A stretch of 64,000 bases of DNA, from the NCBI GenBank assembly GCA_001784175.1, contig MFPR01000013.1:1-64000 (forward strand). Direction: 5' to 3'. The position numbers and the translations under genes are program-made. How positions within the stretch are numbered: the stretch's first letter is position 1; every line of letters begins with the position of its first letter. The notes beneath the pieces were generated by a model. The model made no database searches and was not told the origin of the DNA. It saw nothing but the letters and a program-made list of their open reading frames with translations. The stretch is from Candidatus Lindowbacteria bacterium RIFCSPLOWO2_12_FULL_62_27 (lineage in GTDB: Bacteria; Lindowbacteria; 2-12-FULL-62-27). Of the stretch, positions 12,141 through 19,281 are shown one piece after another.

Positions 12141-13839
12141 GCTCGACACCTCCGCCGGGCGCGTCCGCCTCTCCACACCGGCCGCCCAGCCCGCGGACAT
12201 GACCGCGCAGGACCTCGACACGCGCGCCATCGCGGTATTCGCCGTGGGCGTCGACACCAAGGAAGCCGTCTTCATCAGCCGTGTCCGCGTGACGCACCAG
12301 GGCGCCATGCCGGCGGCCCGGATCGAGCAGGCCTTCCTCTACCGCGACGCGGGACCGGCGCCGGCCGCGCTGGACGCGCAGGACACGCTGTTCGCGTCGG
12401 GAACATTCTCCGGCGATGCCGCCGATCTTTCCGGCGCGCCCTTCAAGATCGCCGCGGGCGAAACCGAATCGCTTCTCCTCGTCTACCGTTTCGCCGCCGG
12501 CCTCGCCGAAGGCGACACGTTCCTCGCGCAGATCGCCGCAAACGCCGATCTGACCGGCGCCGGCCTCGTGTCCAACTCGGCGCCGCAGATTACCGGCGCG
12601 CCGCTCGCCTCCGGCGTCTTCACGGTCCGCGCCCGATATCCGGCGGTCGTGTCCGTCAATCCGCCCAACGGCGCCTTCTTCCTGCCGCCGCAGGACGAAA
12701 CCGGGATCCTGCCCCTGCGCGTCAGGTTCAACGTCCCGGTCGATCCCGCCAGCGTGACGACTTCGACGGTCCGCCTCCTCGACGCCAACGGCATCAGCCG
12801 GACCGACTCCGTCTTCTTCGAGGACAGCCGGACGGTGCGGATCACGGCCGTGTACGCGGACACCGAATGGCCCTACGGCGCTGACTTCTCGATTCGCGTC
12901 AGCACCTCCGTCAAGGACGAGGACGCGCCGGCCGACTCGGTCCAGACCGAGTTTGTATCGACCTTCCAGACGCTGCAGAAGGCCGAGGCCGAGCAGATCG
13001 TGGTGTCCTCCGACAGCAAGGCGACCCTGAAGATCGATTCGGGAGACATCGACCCGTCCGTCAAGGGCATCGTGGTGACGGTCGTCATCCCGACTTCGGA
13101 CGACACCGTCCTCGGCCGGGCCCTCAACGCCGTCAAGTCCAACCCTTATCTTGAAATGCTGCCCGAGGAATTCGCGATTTACGATTACAAGATCCGCAAG
13201 CGCGACACCAACGACACGCGGGCGCTCGTGAAGCTCTCCGAATCCGAATTCCGCAATCCCGTCGACGTCGTCATGACCGTCCGGAAGCCCACCGCCTACC
13301 TCGAGGTCAAGGGCACACCGCTCAGCTTCCGGCATCTGAAACTCGCGCATTACAACGAGGAGTCCGGGCTCTGGGAAGTCATCGAAGGCGCGACCCTCGA
13401 GGACCACGGAAACACCGTCGCGATCAAGGGGCCGACCAAGACCTTCTCCCTCTTCGGCGTCTTCTTCGCTTTCGCGCCGACCTCCGTGGGAGAAACCTTC
13501 AAGTCGTTCCCGAACCCGGCCGATCCGTTTACTACCTACACCAACGCGGCCGGCCAGTCCTGGCAGGGATTCCAGTTCGGGTGGAACATGCCGAAGGCCG
13601 GCGTCGTCACGATCCGCATCTTCGACTTCGCCGGCCAGGAGGTCCGCACGATCGGGCCGACCGCCTACGCGGCCGGCAACCTGTTCGGCGACAACGCGAC
13701 GCTGGCCGCGCGCGTGTGGGACGGCCGCAACGGCCGCGGCCAGGTGGTGCTCAATGGCGCTTACTTCGTGTTCGTGGAAATCCGCTACAACGACGGCACC
13801 GTCGAGCGGGCCACGGACAGAATCGCGGTGGTGAAATGA
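1..13839 (+). CDS. Giant repetitive surface protein/adhesin, 5'-partial: ~41 FN3/Ig-like repeats, then beta-sandwich, SbsA Ig-like, ZU5-like and FlgD-Ig/T9SS-like C-terminal sorting domain
   Basis: Frame is open from base 1 (CGC GGA TTC GTG = RGFV, mid-repeat). Repeat consensus V.L..PADGHET....W....DSVGI..YAVE.....F.......DT..GLYNDTYYWRVRAIDDLGN.GAYS..RGF. C-terminus FPNPADP...VTIRIFDFAGQEVRTI...WDGRNGRGQVVLNGAYF...IAVVK. Confidence 0.85.
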   Translation, partial: RGFVTDTQAGVVTLSQPADGHETAAINFYVSWQATADSVGIANYAVEVDKSTAFTTMIFTDTVAGGVTADRVTGLYNDTYYWRVRAIDDLGNGGAYSAARGFVTDTLVAAVTLSQPADGHETTATTVPVSWTAVTDSVGIANYAVEVARNTTFTTMVFTDTVAGGVTADTVTGLYNDTYYWRVRVIDDLGNSGVYSATRGFMTDTLVHAVTLSQPADGHETTATTVSVGWTAVMDSVGISNYAVEVAKNTTFTTMVFIDTVAGGVTADTVTGLYNDTYYWRVRVIDDLGNSGVYSATRGFMTDTLVHAVTLSQPADGHETAAINLYVSWQAAADSVGIANYAVEVDKSTAFTTMIFADTVAGGVTSDSVTGLYNDTYYWRVRATDDLGNNGAYSATRGFVTDTRVNAVTLSQPADGHETTVATVPVSWTAVTDSVGIANYAVEVAKNTTFTTMVFTDTVAGGVTSDTVTGLYNDTYYWRVRAIDDLGNSGVHSATRGFVTDTQVAAVTLSQPADGHETTAIDVRLSWQAPADSVGIANYAVEVSKSTSFTSMVFTDTVSGGVTADTVTGLYNDTYHWRVRAIDDLGNSGTYSSARGFVTDTQVAAVTPAQPADGHETAVIDIQVSWSAVADSVGIANYAVEVSKSTSFTTMTFTDTVDGARGSDTVTGLYNDTYYWRVRAIDDLGNSGAYSTARGLMVDTAVRKVTLADPPPGSVTADTTPTLTWTAITDSAGVDSFAIEVSTTTGFTALSFADTVDGPLTSGAVTPGLVTDTYYWRVRAFDVLGNAGAWSDSFRLRIDTVQTSITLIGPADGHETNAAAARFVWAGANADTYTWQLSKSSAFSTLVDAVAGTTVTSMNRPMPDPDTFYWLVIAQGLTGYDTSAARGILLDTSAGQPALLQPAEGHETSNATPQVTWSAVSDSVGIDSYALEVSRNTAFTAMSFADTVDGGLTNDTLTGLYNDTYYWRVRVVDDLGNIGIHSSIRGFVVDTHVNTVALSQPADGHETTNVSVGVSWAALTDSVGIDSYVIEASKTIAFTTTVFADTTDGTSTADTITGLYNDTYYWRVHAIDDLGNAGAASAPRGFVTDTLIDAVTLLLPADGHETRAVNFRLSWNAVPDSVGIDSYAIEASKTGAFTTTVFSDTTDGTNTTDTITGLYNDTYYWRVRAIDDLGNGGAYSAARGFLIDTGVSQVTVTQPADGHETTVSSLEVGWAAITADSSGIDSYVLEASKSSAFGVVIFADTVDGVRLSDTLAGLYNDTYFWRVRAVDHLGNLGAFSAARGFVTDTLVGQVSLLLPADGHETAVAQPGVQWTALPDSVGIDSYAVEVSKSLAFSPVVLADTLDGSSTMDTLPGLQNDTYFWRVRAIDDLGNAGAYSAARGLIHDSLAGAVTPVSPADGHETTATSVVVSWSALSDSVGIATYAVEASRGSAFTSLAFAETVAGSRTSDTLATLYNDTYYWRVRATDGLGNNGAYSAARGFVVDTAVAVVTLSAPADGHETTASEILLRWASVSDSVGIDSYAVEASRNAAFTNMVFTDTVDVALTSDTVTGLYNDTCFWRVRAIDDLSNAGAYSTTHGFVTDTIVNQVALLLPADGHETSTVNFRLSWIAVSDSVGVDSYALEISKISSFTPMAYADTVDGVTITDTFTGLYNDTYFWRVRAVDDLGNGGVYSAARGVLIDTAVSQVTVAAPADGHETTAVAVVLSWIAVASDSSGIDSYVVEVAKQIGFDTTVFADTVRASILADTITGLYNDTYHWRVRVIDHVGNLGVFSITRGFLVDTAVAAVSLLLPADGHETSATEFRLRWSAVSDSAGVDSYALEISKSTAFAPVTYADTVDGSATDDTITGVSNDTYFWRVRAIDDLGNGGAYSAIRGFIADTLVQTAVALAPADGHETTAGQVVVSWSAVPDSVGIASYAVEASKSAAFSTLAFSDTVAGGLTSDTVTGLSNDTYYWRVRVTDDLGNGGAYSTARGFVVDTTAAQVSALAPANGHETTATAIVLSWSAVPADSVGIDSYAVEAARNAAFTAMVFADTVDQALTADTVTGLYNDMYYWRVRAVDGLGNAGAASTPRGFVVDTQAAQVSLSLPSDGHETTATSFLVSWAAVADSVGIDSYALEVSKSAAFGSIAYADTVGGTSLADTIGALDNDTYFWRVRAIDDLGNVGAHSAVRGFLVDTAVAQVALLSPADAHETTAGALTLSWSAIAADSVGVDSYIVEVAKTPAFATTIFADTVDGSLTSDAVTGLYNDTYYWRVRAIDEVGNAGVHSAPRGLMTDTLVQTVSLVAPADGHETTATPISLAWAALSDSVGVDSFAVEVSKNASFTSIVFVDTVDGQALSDTVTGLYNDTYFWRVRAVDDLGNGGAYSATRGFLVDTAVAKVTLVSPPAGTLTGDTTPTLVWNAVTDSAGVDSYALEVSTSSAFAAITFADTVDAALTADTAAPGLDSNTYHWRVRAIDDLGNVGAPSDSLHFRIDTTPTLVTLLSPAAGHETNAVTVRFEWIATSVDTYTWQLSKSPAFSTIVDSAPDTTATTVVRVLSHEDTLYWRVIGLGIGGSDTTAARGILLDTGVAVAVAATPADAHETSAAVPGVGWQALADSVGIDSYAVEVSKSTAFTNVVFADTVDGVRVSDTIPGLHNDTYFWRVRAIDDLGNAGAYSAARGFLVDTVVSQVAAVAPADAHETASGMITVGWTAIADSVGIDSYAVETAKTSAFATTVFADTVDGSQTADTLTGLYNDTHYWRVRAIDDLGNAGAASAARGFLVDTAVTQVALASPADAHETTVTSVVLQVSAVTDSVGIDSYVFEASKTPAFSAIVLADTVDGAVTADTIAGLYNDTYYWRARAVDDLGNAGAYSTVRGFLVDTAVAQVALVAPADGHETANASPVLSWSAVPDSVGIDSYVIEASKTGVFTTTVFADTTDGTNTADTITGLYNDTYFWRVRAIDDLGNAGAYSATRGFLIDTLVSQVSLLLPADGHETTAATFQVRWSAVTADSAGIDSYAIEISRTAAFTALTLADTLDAALTSDTAAGLDNDSYFWRVRAIDNLGNAGAYSAARGFVVDTRTGQPALVAPADAHETSAGSLLVQWAALADSVGIDSFAVEVSRNTAFTALAVADTLAGDATTDTLAGLSSDTYYWRVRAIDDLGNAGAYSAARGFLIDTLAAQVTLAAPADAHETRATTLVLTWNAVADSVGIDSYVIEASKTGVFTTTVFADTTDGTNTADTITGLYNDTYFWRVRAVDDLGNAGAHSASRGFLVDTAVDQVATISPANAHETSVAAVTVRWSALTADSVGVDSYAVEVSRNSAFAPLVFDDTVDAAFASDTVTGLYNDTYFWRVHAVDHLGNGGAYSATAGFLVDTAAARVSLVSPATGSVTSDTTPAFTWNTVADSVGVDSYVIEVSAGPAFATIAYADTEDGAAGADTVTPGLNPGLYYWRVSTVDDLGNRSVPSDSFTLLVDTALPVIALLKPSSGHETNTPAILFEWMGDNAETYTWQLSNTIGFSAVLDSVVDTIGTSVVRTLPAQDTFYWRVIAKSIVGLVDTSTVRGFVLDTSVAQIASSLPADGHETSNAAPRVSWLAVSDSVGIDSYAIEASKTAAFAAIVFADTIDGALTADTITGLHNDTYFWRARAIDDLGNGGAYSAARGFVLDTFTAAVSATAPADAHETSNATPTVSWLAVPDSVGIDSYAIEASKTAAFAVLVFADTIDGALTSGTITGLHNDTYFWRVRAIDDLGNAGAHSQARAFLVDDTAAKVSLASPASGTITGDTTPSLAWTAVTDSVGIDSYALELSAGPAFSTLAFADTVDGARTSDTVLPGLPMDTYFWRVRAIDDLGNRGPASDSFVIRVDTSPTLVTLVRPAAGHETRAATVRFEWTALNADTYTWQLSRTAAFTALADFVTDTTDTFLVRTLPGEDTFFWRVIGLGVGGYDTASARGLLLDTSTRQVTLLAPGDGHETFNALVVASWTAPADSVGIDTYALEVSRSQAFSPLTFTDTVDASMTSATLLGLYNDTYYWRVRAIDLLGNEGAFSAARKIVTLDTSAGRVRLSTPAAQPADMTAQDLDTRAIAVFAVGVDTKEAVFISRVRVTHQGAMPAARIEQAFLYRDAGPAPAALDAQDTLFASGTFSGDAADLSGAPFKIAAGETESLLLVYRFAAGLAEGDTFLAQIAANADLTGAGLVSNSAPQITGAPLASGVFTVRARYPAVVSVNPPNGAFFLPPQDETGILPLRVRFNVPVDPASVTTSTVRLLDANGISRTDSVFFEDSRTVRITAVYADTEWPYGADFSIRVSTSVKDEDAPADSVQTEFVSTFQTLQKAEAEQIVVSSDSKATLKIDSGDIDPSVKGIVVTVVIPTSDDTVLGRALNAVKSNPYLEMLPEEFAIYDYKIRKRDTNDTRALVKLSESEFRNPVDVVMTVRKPTAYLEVKGTPLSFRHLKLAHYNEESGLWEVIEGATLEDHGNTVAIKGPTKTFSLFGVFFAFAPTSVGETFKSFPNPADPFTTYTNAAGQSWQGFQFGWNMPKAGVVTIRIFDFAGQEVRTIGPTAYAAGNLFGDNATLAARVWDGRNGRGQVVLNGAYFVFVEIRYNDGTVERATDRIAVVK

Positions 13840-16800
13840 GTAGCTCGATGCGGTTCCGCCGGATCCTGATCGCGGCCCTCGGTCTCGGCCTCGCCGTCCT
13901 CTCCGTCCGCCCGCCCGTTGCGCTGGCCGGTGCCCAGTCCGGCGGCGTGGTCGATCCCAGCGCGGTCCTCGGATTCGGCACGCGCGCCGGCGCCATGGGC
14001 AACGCCTTCGTCGCGCTCGGGGACGACGCCACGGCTGTCTTCTGGAACCCCGCCGCGCTCGATCTCAGCCGCCGCAAGGAAATCTTCGGCCAGTACTCGC
14101 AGGCATTCTTCGACAAATCATCCTACAACCTCGTCGCCTACAAGCATCCGCTCGGGCGCTTTGGCACCGTCGGCGGAGGCCTCATCATCGAGGGCGTCCA
14201 GGACCTGACCCGGCGCGACGTCAACGCGGCCAACATCGGAAACTTCAACGTCAACAAGACCAATCTCATGTTCAGCTATGGCAAAGAAGTGGTCGAAGGC
14301 TTCTATCTCGGCTCGACCCTCCGCGTCCTCCGCCAGCAGATCGCCGAGTTCTCCGGCACAGGCGTCGGCCTCGACGTCGGAACGCTCTACCGCTTCACCA
14401 ACCGCTACGTCGAATACAGCCGCGCGTATCTCCGGCTCGCGCGCGAGCAGATCCGCCAGGACGCCGAACGCGAGTTCTCGCTCGGCCGGCGCGCAAACGA
14501 GAGCGGCCACTCCAACGGCCACGCGATGGCCGAGTTCCTCAAGACCCACGGTCAGAACGGCGCACTGCGCGATCTGCGCCTGTGGTTCGACGAGGGCGTC
14601 AAACTTTACGACGCCGGTCGCATCAAGGACGCCGTGCCCTTCTTCGAGGCTGTCATTCGCAACGCGCGCGCCAACCTCCTGACCGACCGGCTCGCGCTCG
14701 GACTCAATATTCAAAACCTCCTGCGGCCGTCCCTCAAGCTCAAGAGCACGGCCGACCGCGTGCCGACCATCTTCAAGTTCGGCAGCGCCTACCGGATCGC
14801 CGACTGGTTCAACCTTGCGCTCGATCTCGACGTGCCGTCCAAAGGCGACCACCGCGTCCACTTCGGCGCCGAATGGAAACCCATCGAGTGGCTCGCGGTC
14901 CGCGCCGGGCTTGACCACAAGGACCCGACCTTCGGGTTCGGGTTCCGGTACCAGGACCTCAAGATCGACTACTCCTTCACGCCGTCCGACGACCTCGACA
15001 ACGACTTCCAGCGCGTCGGCATCTCGTACGAGTTCGGCAAATCTCACGGCGATGTCGCGGTTGAGCGCATCCAGCGCGGCCTCACGCTCCAGTCACGCAG
15101 GGAATACTCGTCCGCCAGGCAGGAATGGGAAAGCGCGCAGAAACTCCAGCCGACCAATCCGCTGCCCCGCCGATACATCCAGGAGACCGAAGAGGCCTAT
15201 CGCAAGAACGTCACCGAACCGTGGTCGGCCGCCGAACGGCTCGTCGCCGCGGGCCGGCTCTCGGAGGCGCATCCGATCCTGCAGGCCATCCTCACGTTCG
15301 ACCCGGCATTCGATCCGGCCCTCAAGGCGATGGGGTCCCTCAAGGCTGCCGTTCCGGCCTACGCCGAGTCCCACTTCAACGCCGGCTACCTGAAATATCT
15401 CCAGAACGATTATGTCTCCGCCCTCGAAGAGATGACCCACGTCCTCTTCTTCGTGCCCGAGCACGCCTCCGCCCGGCAGTATCGCGACGCCGCTCGAAAA
15501 CGCTCGGACGAGGAGGCCGGCCGCGCGGCCACGCGCGAACTCTTTGACGACGCCGTCCGGTCGTACCGCGCCGGCCGCTGGCCCGACGCGCTCTCGCGAT
15601 TCCAGGCGGTCCTCCGCCGCGATCCGACCCACGCCTCGGCCGGCGGATTCCTCGACCAGATCGCGCAGTTCCAGGCCGCGGACTTCAGCCCCGAGGAGAG
15701 AAAACTCGAATCGGACCGATTCTTCCGAATCGCACAGGCCGACTTCCTCGACGATCACACCATCGAAGCCGAACAGGCCGTGTCCAACAGCCTCTCCCTC
15801 TGGCCGGACAACGCCGACGCGCAGAATCTCCTCACGCGCATCGAGGCCATGCAGAACCGCATTCTCCTCGGCGCGCTCCAGGCCGCGGACGAGCGCATGG
15901 ACAGAGGCGACATCGACGCGGCCGTCGCCGGATGGCGGCGGGTCCTCGACAAGTCCCCGCGCAATTTCGACGCCATGCGCAGGCTCGAACGGCACGTGGA
16001 CGACATCCGCGCGTTCGTCGAGGCCAGTCTCCGCCTCGCCGAACGGCTCGAAAAGGACGGCGCGCTGGTCGACGCGCTCAAGCTCTACAACCGCGTCCTC
16101 GCGGTCGATCCCTTCAACGCCGCCGCGGCAGAGCGGCGCGCCGCGGTCCGGCCGGCGATCCTCTCCAAACTCGAGAGGATCTATCAGGACGCCGAGTCGC
16201 TCTACCGCTCGGGAGAGCTTGAAAGGTCCATGGCCCTCCTCTCCGACCTCATGGCCATTGACCCCGATTTGACACAGGCGCGGGACCTCAAGGAGATCGC
16301 ACGCGAGAAATTCGAGCTCAACGTCTCGCTCGTGCGCGTCAAGCGCCTCTACAACGAGGGCCTCGAATTTTTCCGCCAGCGCAACTACGAGCAGGCCGTC
16401 GCCACATGGCGGCAGATCGTCGCCCAGCCGACCGACCTGCCCGAGGTCCGGGACCTCGCGCAGGAGGCCGCCGCGCGGATCGCCGAGGCTGTCCGCGAGG
16501 CCGAACGCGAGCGCGCCGCGTCCTTCTACGACGAATATCTCCGCCGCGGCGACGCCTTCCTCGCCGAGGGCCGGGATGTCGAGGCGCTGGAGGCGTTCAA
16601 GTCCGCTCAGGAGCTTCAGCCCGAAAATGTCAGCATCCAGTGGCGGATCGCGACGGCCAAAAAATCCGTCGAGGATCGCCTCGCCGCATGGGTCCGCCAG
16701 GGAACGGAGGCCTTCGAACTCGGGCGACTCGACGACGCCGAGTCCCTCTTCCGCGCCGCCGTCCATGTCGATCCGGACCGCGCCGACGCCCTCGCGGGCA

Positions 16801-17324
16801 TCGATCGCGTTCTGGCGGCGCGCAGCGCGGCCGCGGCGGCCGCGGCGCCCCCGGCGCCGGCCGAGGAACCCGCCGCGCCGGTCGAGACGCGCGAGACTCC
16901 GAAACCGCCCGACACCCGCGACCGCATCGACCGCATCCTCGCGCGCGCGGCGGACCTCCGCCGCAAGGCCGCGGCCGTCGAGCAGAGCCGGCCGGACCTC
17001 GCGCTCAGCAGAGCCAAAAACGCGCTCGAGGCCTGCCGCGAAGCCCTCCGGATCGACGCGGCAAACGAAGTCGCCCGGCAGGTGCAGTCGGCCGTCACCG
17101 CCGACATCGCGCGGCTCCAGAAGGTCCTCAAGGAGAAAAACGCGGCTGACATCCAGAAGTTCCTCTACTCCGGCATGGGCCACTACCGCGCCGGCCGGCT
17201 CAACGAAGCCATCGCCGACTGGAACCGCGTCCTGTCCCTCGACGCGGACCACGCGCAGGCCCGCGAGTACATCCGCCGCGCCGAGAAAAAACTCGAATTG
17301 TTGAACGCCCCCGAAGCGCCGTGA
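13836..17324 (+). CDS. PorV/PorQ (FadL-like) outer-membrane beta-barrel fused to a long TPR array
   Basis: ATGA overlap with the upstream stop; signal peptide MSSSMRFRRILIAALGLGLAV...ALA; motif GTRAGAMGNAFVALGDDATAVFWNPAAL; amphipathic strands ending QRVGISYEF; then many TPR-like helices (e.g. GMGHYRAGRLNEAIADWNRVLSLDADHAQAREYI). Confidence 0.85.
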   Translation: MSSSMRFRRILIAALGLGLAVLSVRPPVALAGAQSGGVVDPSAVLGFGTRAGAMGNAFVALGDDATAVFWNPAALDLSRRKEIFGQYSQAFFDKSSYNLVAYKHPLGRFGTVGGGLIIEGVQDLTRRDVNAANIGNFNVNKTNLMFSYGKEVVEGFYLGSTLRVLRQQIAEFSGTGVGLDVGTLYRFTNRYVEYSRAYLRLAREQIRQDAEREFSLGRRANESGHSNGHAMAEFLKTHGQNGALRDLRLWFDEGVKLYDAGRIKDAVPFFEAVIRNARANLLTDRLALGLNIQNLLRPSLKLKSTADRVPTIFKFGSAYRIADWFNLALDLDVPSKGDHRVHFGAEWKPIEWLAVRAGLDHKDPTFGFGFRYQDLKIDYSFTPSDDLDNDFQRVGISYEFGKSHGDVAVERIQRGLTLQSRREYSSARQEWESAQKLQPTNPLPRRYIQETEEAYRKNVTEPWSAAERLVAAGRLSEAHPILQAILTFDPAFDPALKAMGSLKAAVPAYAESHFNAGYLKYLQNDYVSALEEMTHVLFFVPEHASARQYRDAARKRSDEEAGRAATRELFDDAVRSYRAGRWPDALSRFQAVLRRDPTHASAGGFLDQIAQFQAADFSPEERKLESDRFFRIAQADFLDDHTIEAEQAVSNSLSLWPDNADAQNLLTRIEAMQNRILLGALQAADERMDRGDIDAAVAGWRRVLDKSPRNFDAMRRLERHVDDIRAFVEASLRLAERLEKDGALVDALKLYNRVLAVDPFNAAAAERRAAVRPAILSKLERIYQDAESLYRSGELERSMALLSDLMAIDPDLTQARDLKEIAREKFELNVSLVRVKRLYNEGLEFFRQRNYEQAVATWRQIVAQPTDLPEVRDLAQEAAARIAEAVREAERERAASFYDEYLRRGDAFLAEGRDVEALEAFKSAQELQPENVSIQWRIATAKKSVEDRLAAWVRQGTEAFELGRLDDAESLFRAAVHVDPDRADALAGIDRVLAARSAAAAAAAPPAPAEEPAAPVETRETPKPPDTRDRIDRILARAADLRRKAAAVEQSRPDLALSRAKNALEACREALRIDAANEVARQVQSAVTADIARLQKVLKEKNAADIQKFLYSGMGHYRAGRLNEAIADWNRVLSLDADHAQAREYIRRAEKKLELLNAPEAP

Positions 17325-17355
17325 TAGGCTCTGATCCAGGAGGTGCGACGACGCC

Positions 17356-18918
17356 ATGCGGCTGCCTTTGAAGGCGAAATTCAGCGGGTTGGTCCTCGGC
17401 CTGGTCATGGTCATCCTCGTCTCCATCTGGACCCTCAGCGTCTATGAGCAGTCCAAGATGGAGCGATCGATCGCCGAACAGCAGCGGTCCACCATGCGGG
17501 ACGAACTCACCAAACGCGCAACCAATATCCTCGCGTTTCTGTCCGCTAACAGCGAGGCCCTCGCTATCGGCGATTACCTCACGGTCGACGCCTTCGTCCG
17601 TGATCTCTCCACGAGCCCCGACATACGGTTTATCCATATCGTCAAGGACGGCCGGCTGATCGTCCCGCTTCAGGACGGCGCGCCGCCCCGGTATCAATTG
17701 CCGCGCGGCGTCAAGCCGGCCGGCGGCGCCATGCACTTCGAAATGGTCGATGGCGCCGGCGTCGATTCCGAGCCGCTCATCATCGTGTCCGGACCCATCG
17801 TCGACAAAACCATCCGGCGCCGTGTCGCGGAGGCCTACGTCGGCATTTCGAGACTGCCCGTGCGCGACGCCATCGAGTCGGCCCAGGCGCGCGTCAAGGA
17901 GTCCGGCCGGATCGCCCGGTACGAGTTCACCTTCGCCACCCTCCTCTTTGCGATCCTCGGCGTGGTCGGGTCCGTCATCCTGGTCGCATTTGTCCTGCGG
18001 CCGATCAACATCCTCACCCGCGGCGCCAAAATCATCGGCCAGGGGAATCTCAACCACGAGGTCGTCGTGCGGACCAATGATGAAATCGGCGACCTCGCGC
18101 ATACCTTCAACGTCATGACTCGCAACCTTCGCGAGGATCAAGTCAAGCTCATCGAAAAACAAAAGCTCGAACAGGAAATAAAAATCGCCATGCAGATCCA
18201 GCAGACCCTCCTCCCCAAGTCGCTCCCCAACGCGCCCGGATACAGTTTCGGCGCCGTCTACGGCGGCGCCCGCGAGGTCAGCGGCGACTATTACGACTTC
18301 CTGGATATCCGGTCCAACGGCCGGCCACGCATCGGTGTCGTGGTCGCCGACGTCGCCGGCAAAGGCATCCCCGGCGCTTTCATGATGGCCGTTACGCGCA
18401 GCATCCTCCGCGCGCAGGCGCCCGTCTCTGATTCCCCCGCGCAGGTCCTCAAACTGACCAACGGCATCCTTCAGCCCGACCTGAAAAAGGGAATGTTTGT
18501 CAGCATGGTCTACGGAATCCTGGACGTTCAATCCGGTCACATGGAATTGAGCAGCGCGGGGCATTGCCCGTCCCTCGTGTACCGCGCCGGCTCCGGCTCG
18601 GTCGAGACGGTGCGCTGCAAGGGCATCGCGCTGGGGATCGGCGCTGCGCAGTTGTTCGAGCGGCGCATTGAATCCAAGACGGTGCCGCTGGCGCCCGGCG
18701 ACATTTTTTTTCAGTACACAGACGGCATTCAACATGCTATGAATATAGAGGAGAACCGTTTTGGGATGGACCGGCTCATGGCCTGTCTTCGCGAGTTCAA
18801 CCCGGGAGACGCCCAGTCCCTGGTGGCCCGCATCCTTGAGCGGATCAACTCATTTACGGCCGGATTTCCGCAGTTCGACGATATCACCATGGTCGCCATC
18901 AAGCGGGACCGGGCATAG
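17356..18918 (+). CDS. Membrane sensor Ser/Thr phosphatase (TM-periplasmic-TM-HAMP-SpoIIE/PP2C), RsbU-like
   Basis: Two TM helices; HAMP (RPINIL...NDEIGDLAHTFNVMT); PP2C motifs VSGDYYD, ADVAGKG, YTDGI, FDDIT; AGGAGG upstream. Confidence 0.92.
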   Translation: MRLPLKAKFSGLVLGLVMVILVSIWTLSVYEQSKMERSIAEQQRSTMRDELTKRATNILAFLSANSEALAIGDYLTVDAFVRDLSTSPDIRFIHIVKDGRLIVPLQDGAPPRYQLPRGVKPAGGAMHFEMVDGAGVDSEPLIIVSGPIVDKTIRRRVAEAYVGISRLPVRDAIESAQARVKESGRIARYEFTFATLLFAILGVVGSVILVAFVLRPINILTRGAKIIGQGNLNHEVVVRTNDEIGDLAHTFNVMTRNLREDQVKLIEKQKLEQEIKIAMQIQQTLLPKSLPNAPGYSFGAVYGGAREVSGDYYDFLDIRSNGRPRIGVVVADVAGKGIPGAFMMAVTRSILRAQAPVSDSPAQVLKLTNGILQPDLKKGMFVSMVYGILDVQSGHMELSSAGHCPSLVYRAGSGSVETVRCKGIALGIGAAQLFERRIESKTVPLAPGDIFFQYTDGIQHAMNIEENRFGMDRLMACLREFNPGDAQSLVARILERINSFTAGFPQFDDITMVAIKRDRA

Positions 18919-18933
18919 GAGCGAGGTGTAAAC

Positions 18934-19281
18934 ATGGAATTCAAAGTGGAGGTCGGGCCGGCGTCCTGGAAGCCGGACATCACCGTCATCAAACTCTTTG
19001 GATCCGTCGACGCCCAGACCGCGCCGCTGTTTGAAAAAGAGGCGATGGCGGCGGTCGGCAAGGGCAAGAAAAAGGTTTTGGTGGATTGCGCCGGTCTCGA
19101 TTTCATTTCCAGCGCGGGCATCGGCGTCTTTATGGTGATCCTGAGCGAAGTCGAGGCCGAGGGATTCCTCAGGGTGATGAATCTTTCCGACGAGGTCTAC
19201 GAATCGTTTGAAATTCTGGGAATCAACGAGGTCATGGAGATCTACAAGGATGAAAAAGACGCCCGGCGCGCCATCGCCTGA
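18934..19281 (+). CDS. STAS anti-sigma factor antagonist (RsbV/SpoIIAA-like)
   Basis: LFGSVDAQTAP...VDCAGLDFISSAGIGV with the phospho-acceptor Ser; GAGG SD. Confidence 0.93.
   Translation: MEFKVEVGPASWKPDITVIKLFGSVDAQTAPLFEKEAMAAVGKGKKKVLVDCAGLDFISSAGIGVFMVILSEVEAEGFLRVMNLSDEVYESFEILGINEVMEIYKDEKDARRAIA

Noticed and set aside
13581-13835. N-terminal extension of the PorV-TPR ORF
   Set aside because: It overlaps the giant gene's CTD; the signal peptide begins at ATG 13836.
289-18735. Long antisense ORFs (419, 612, 618, 777, 511 aa)
   Set aside because: Shadow ORFs from high-GC codon bias opposite well-supported genes; no motifs.
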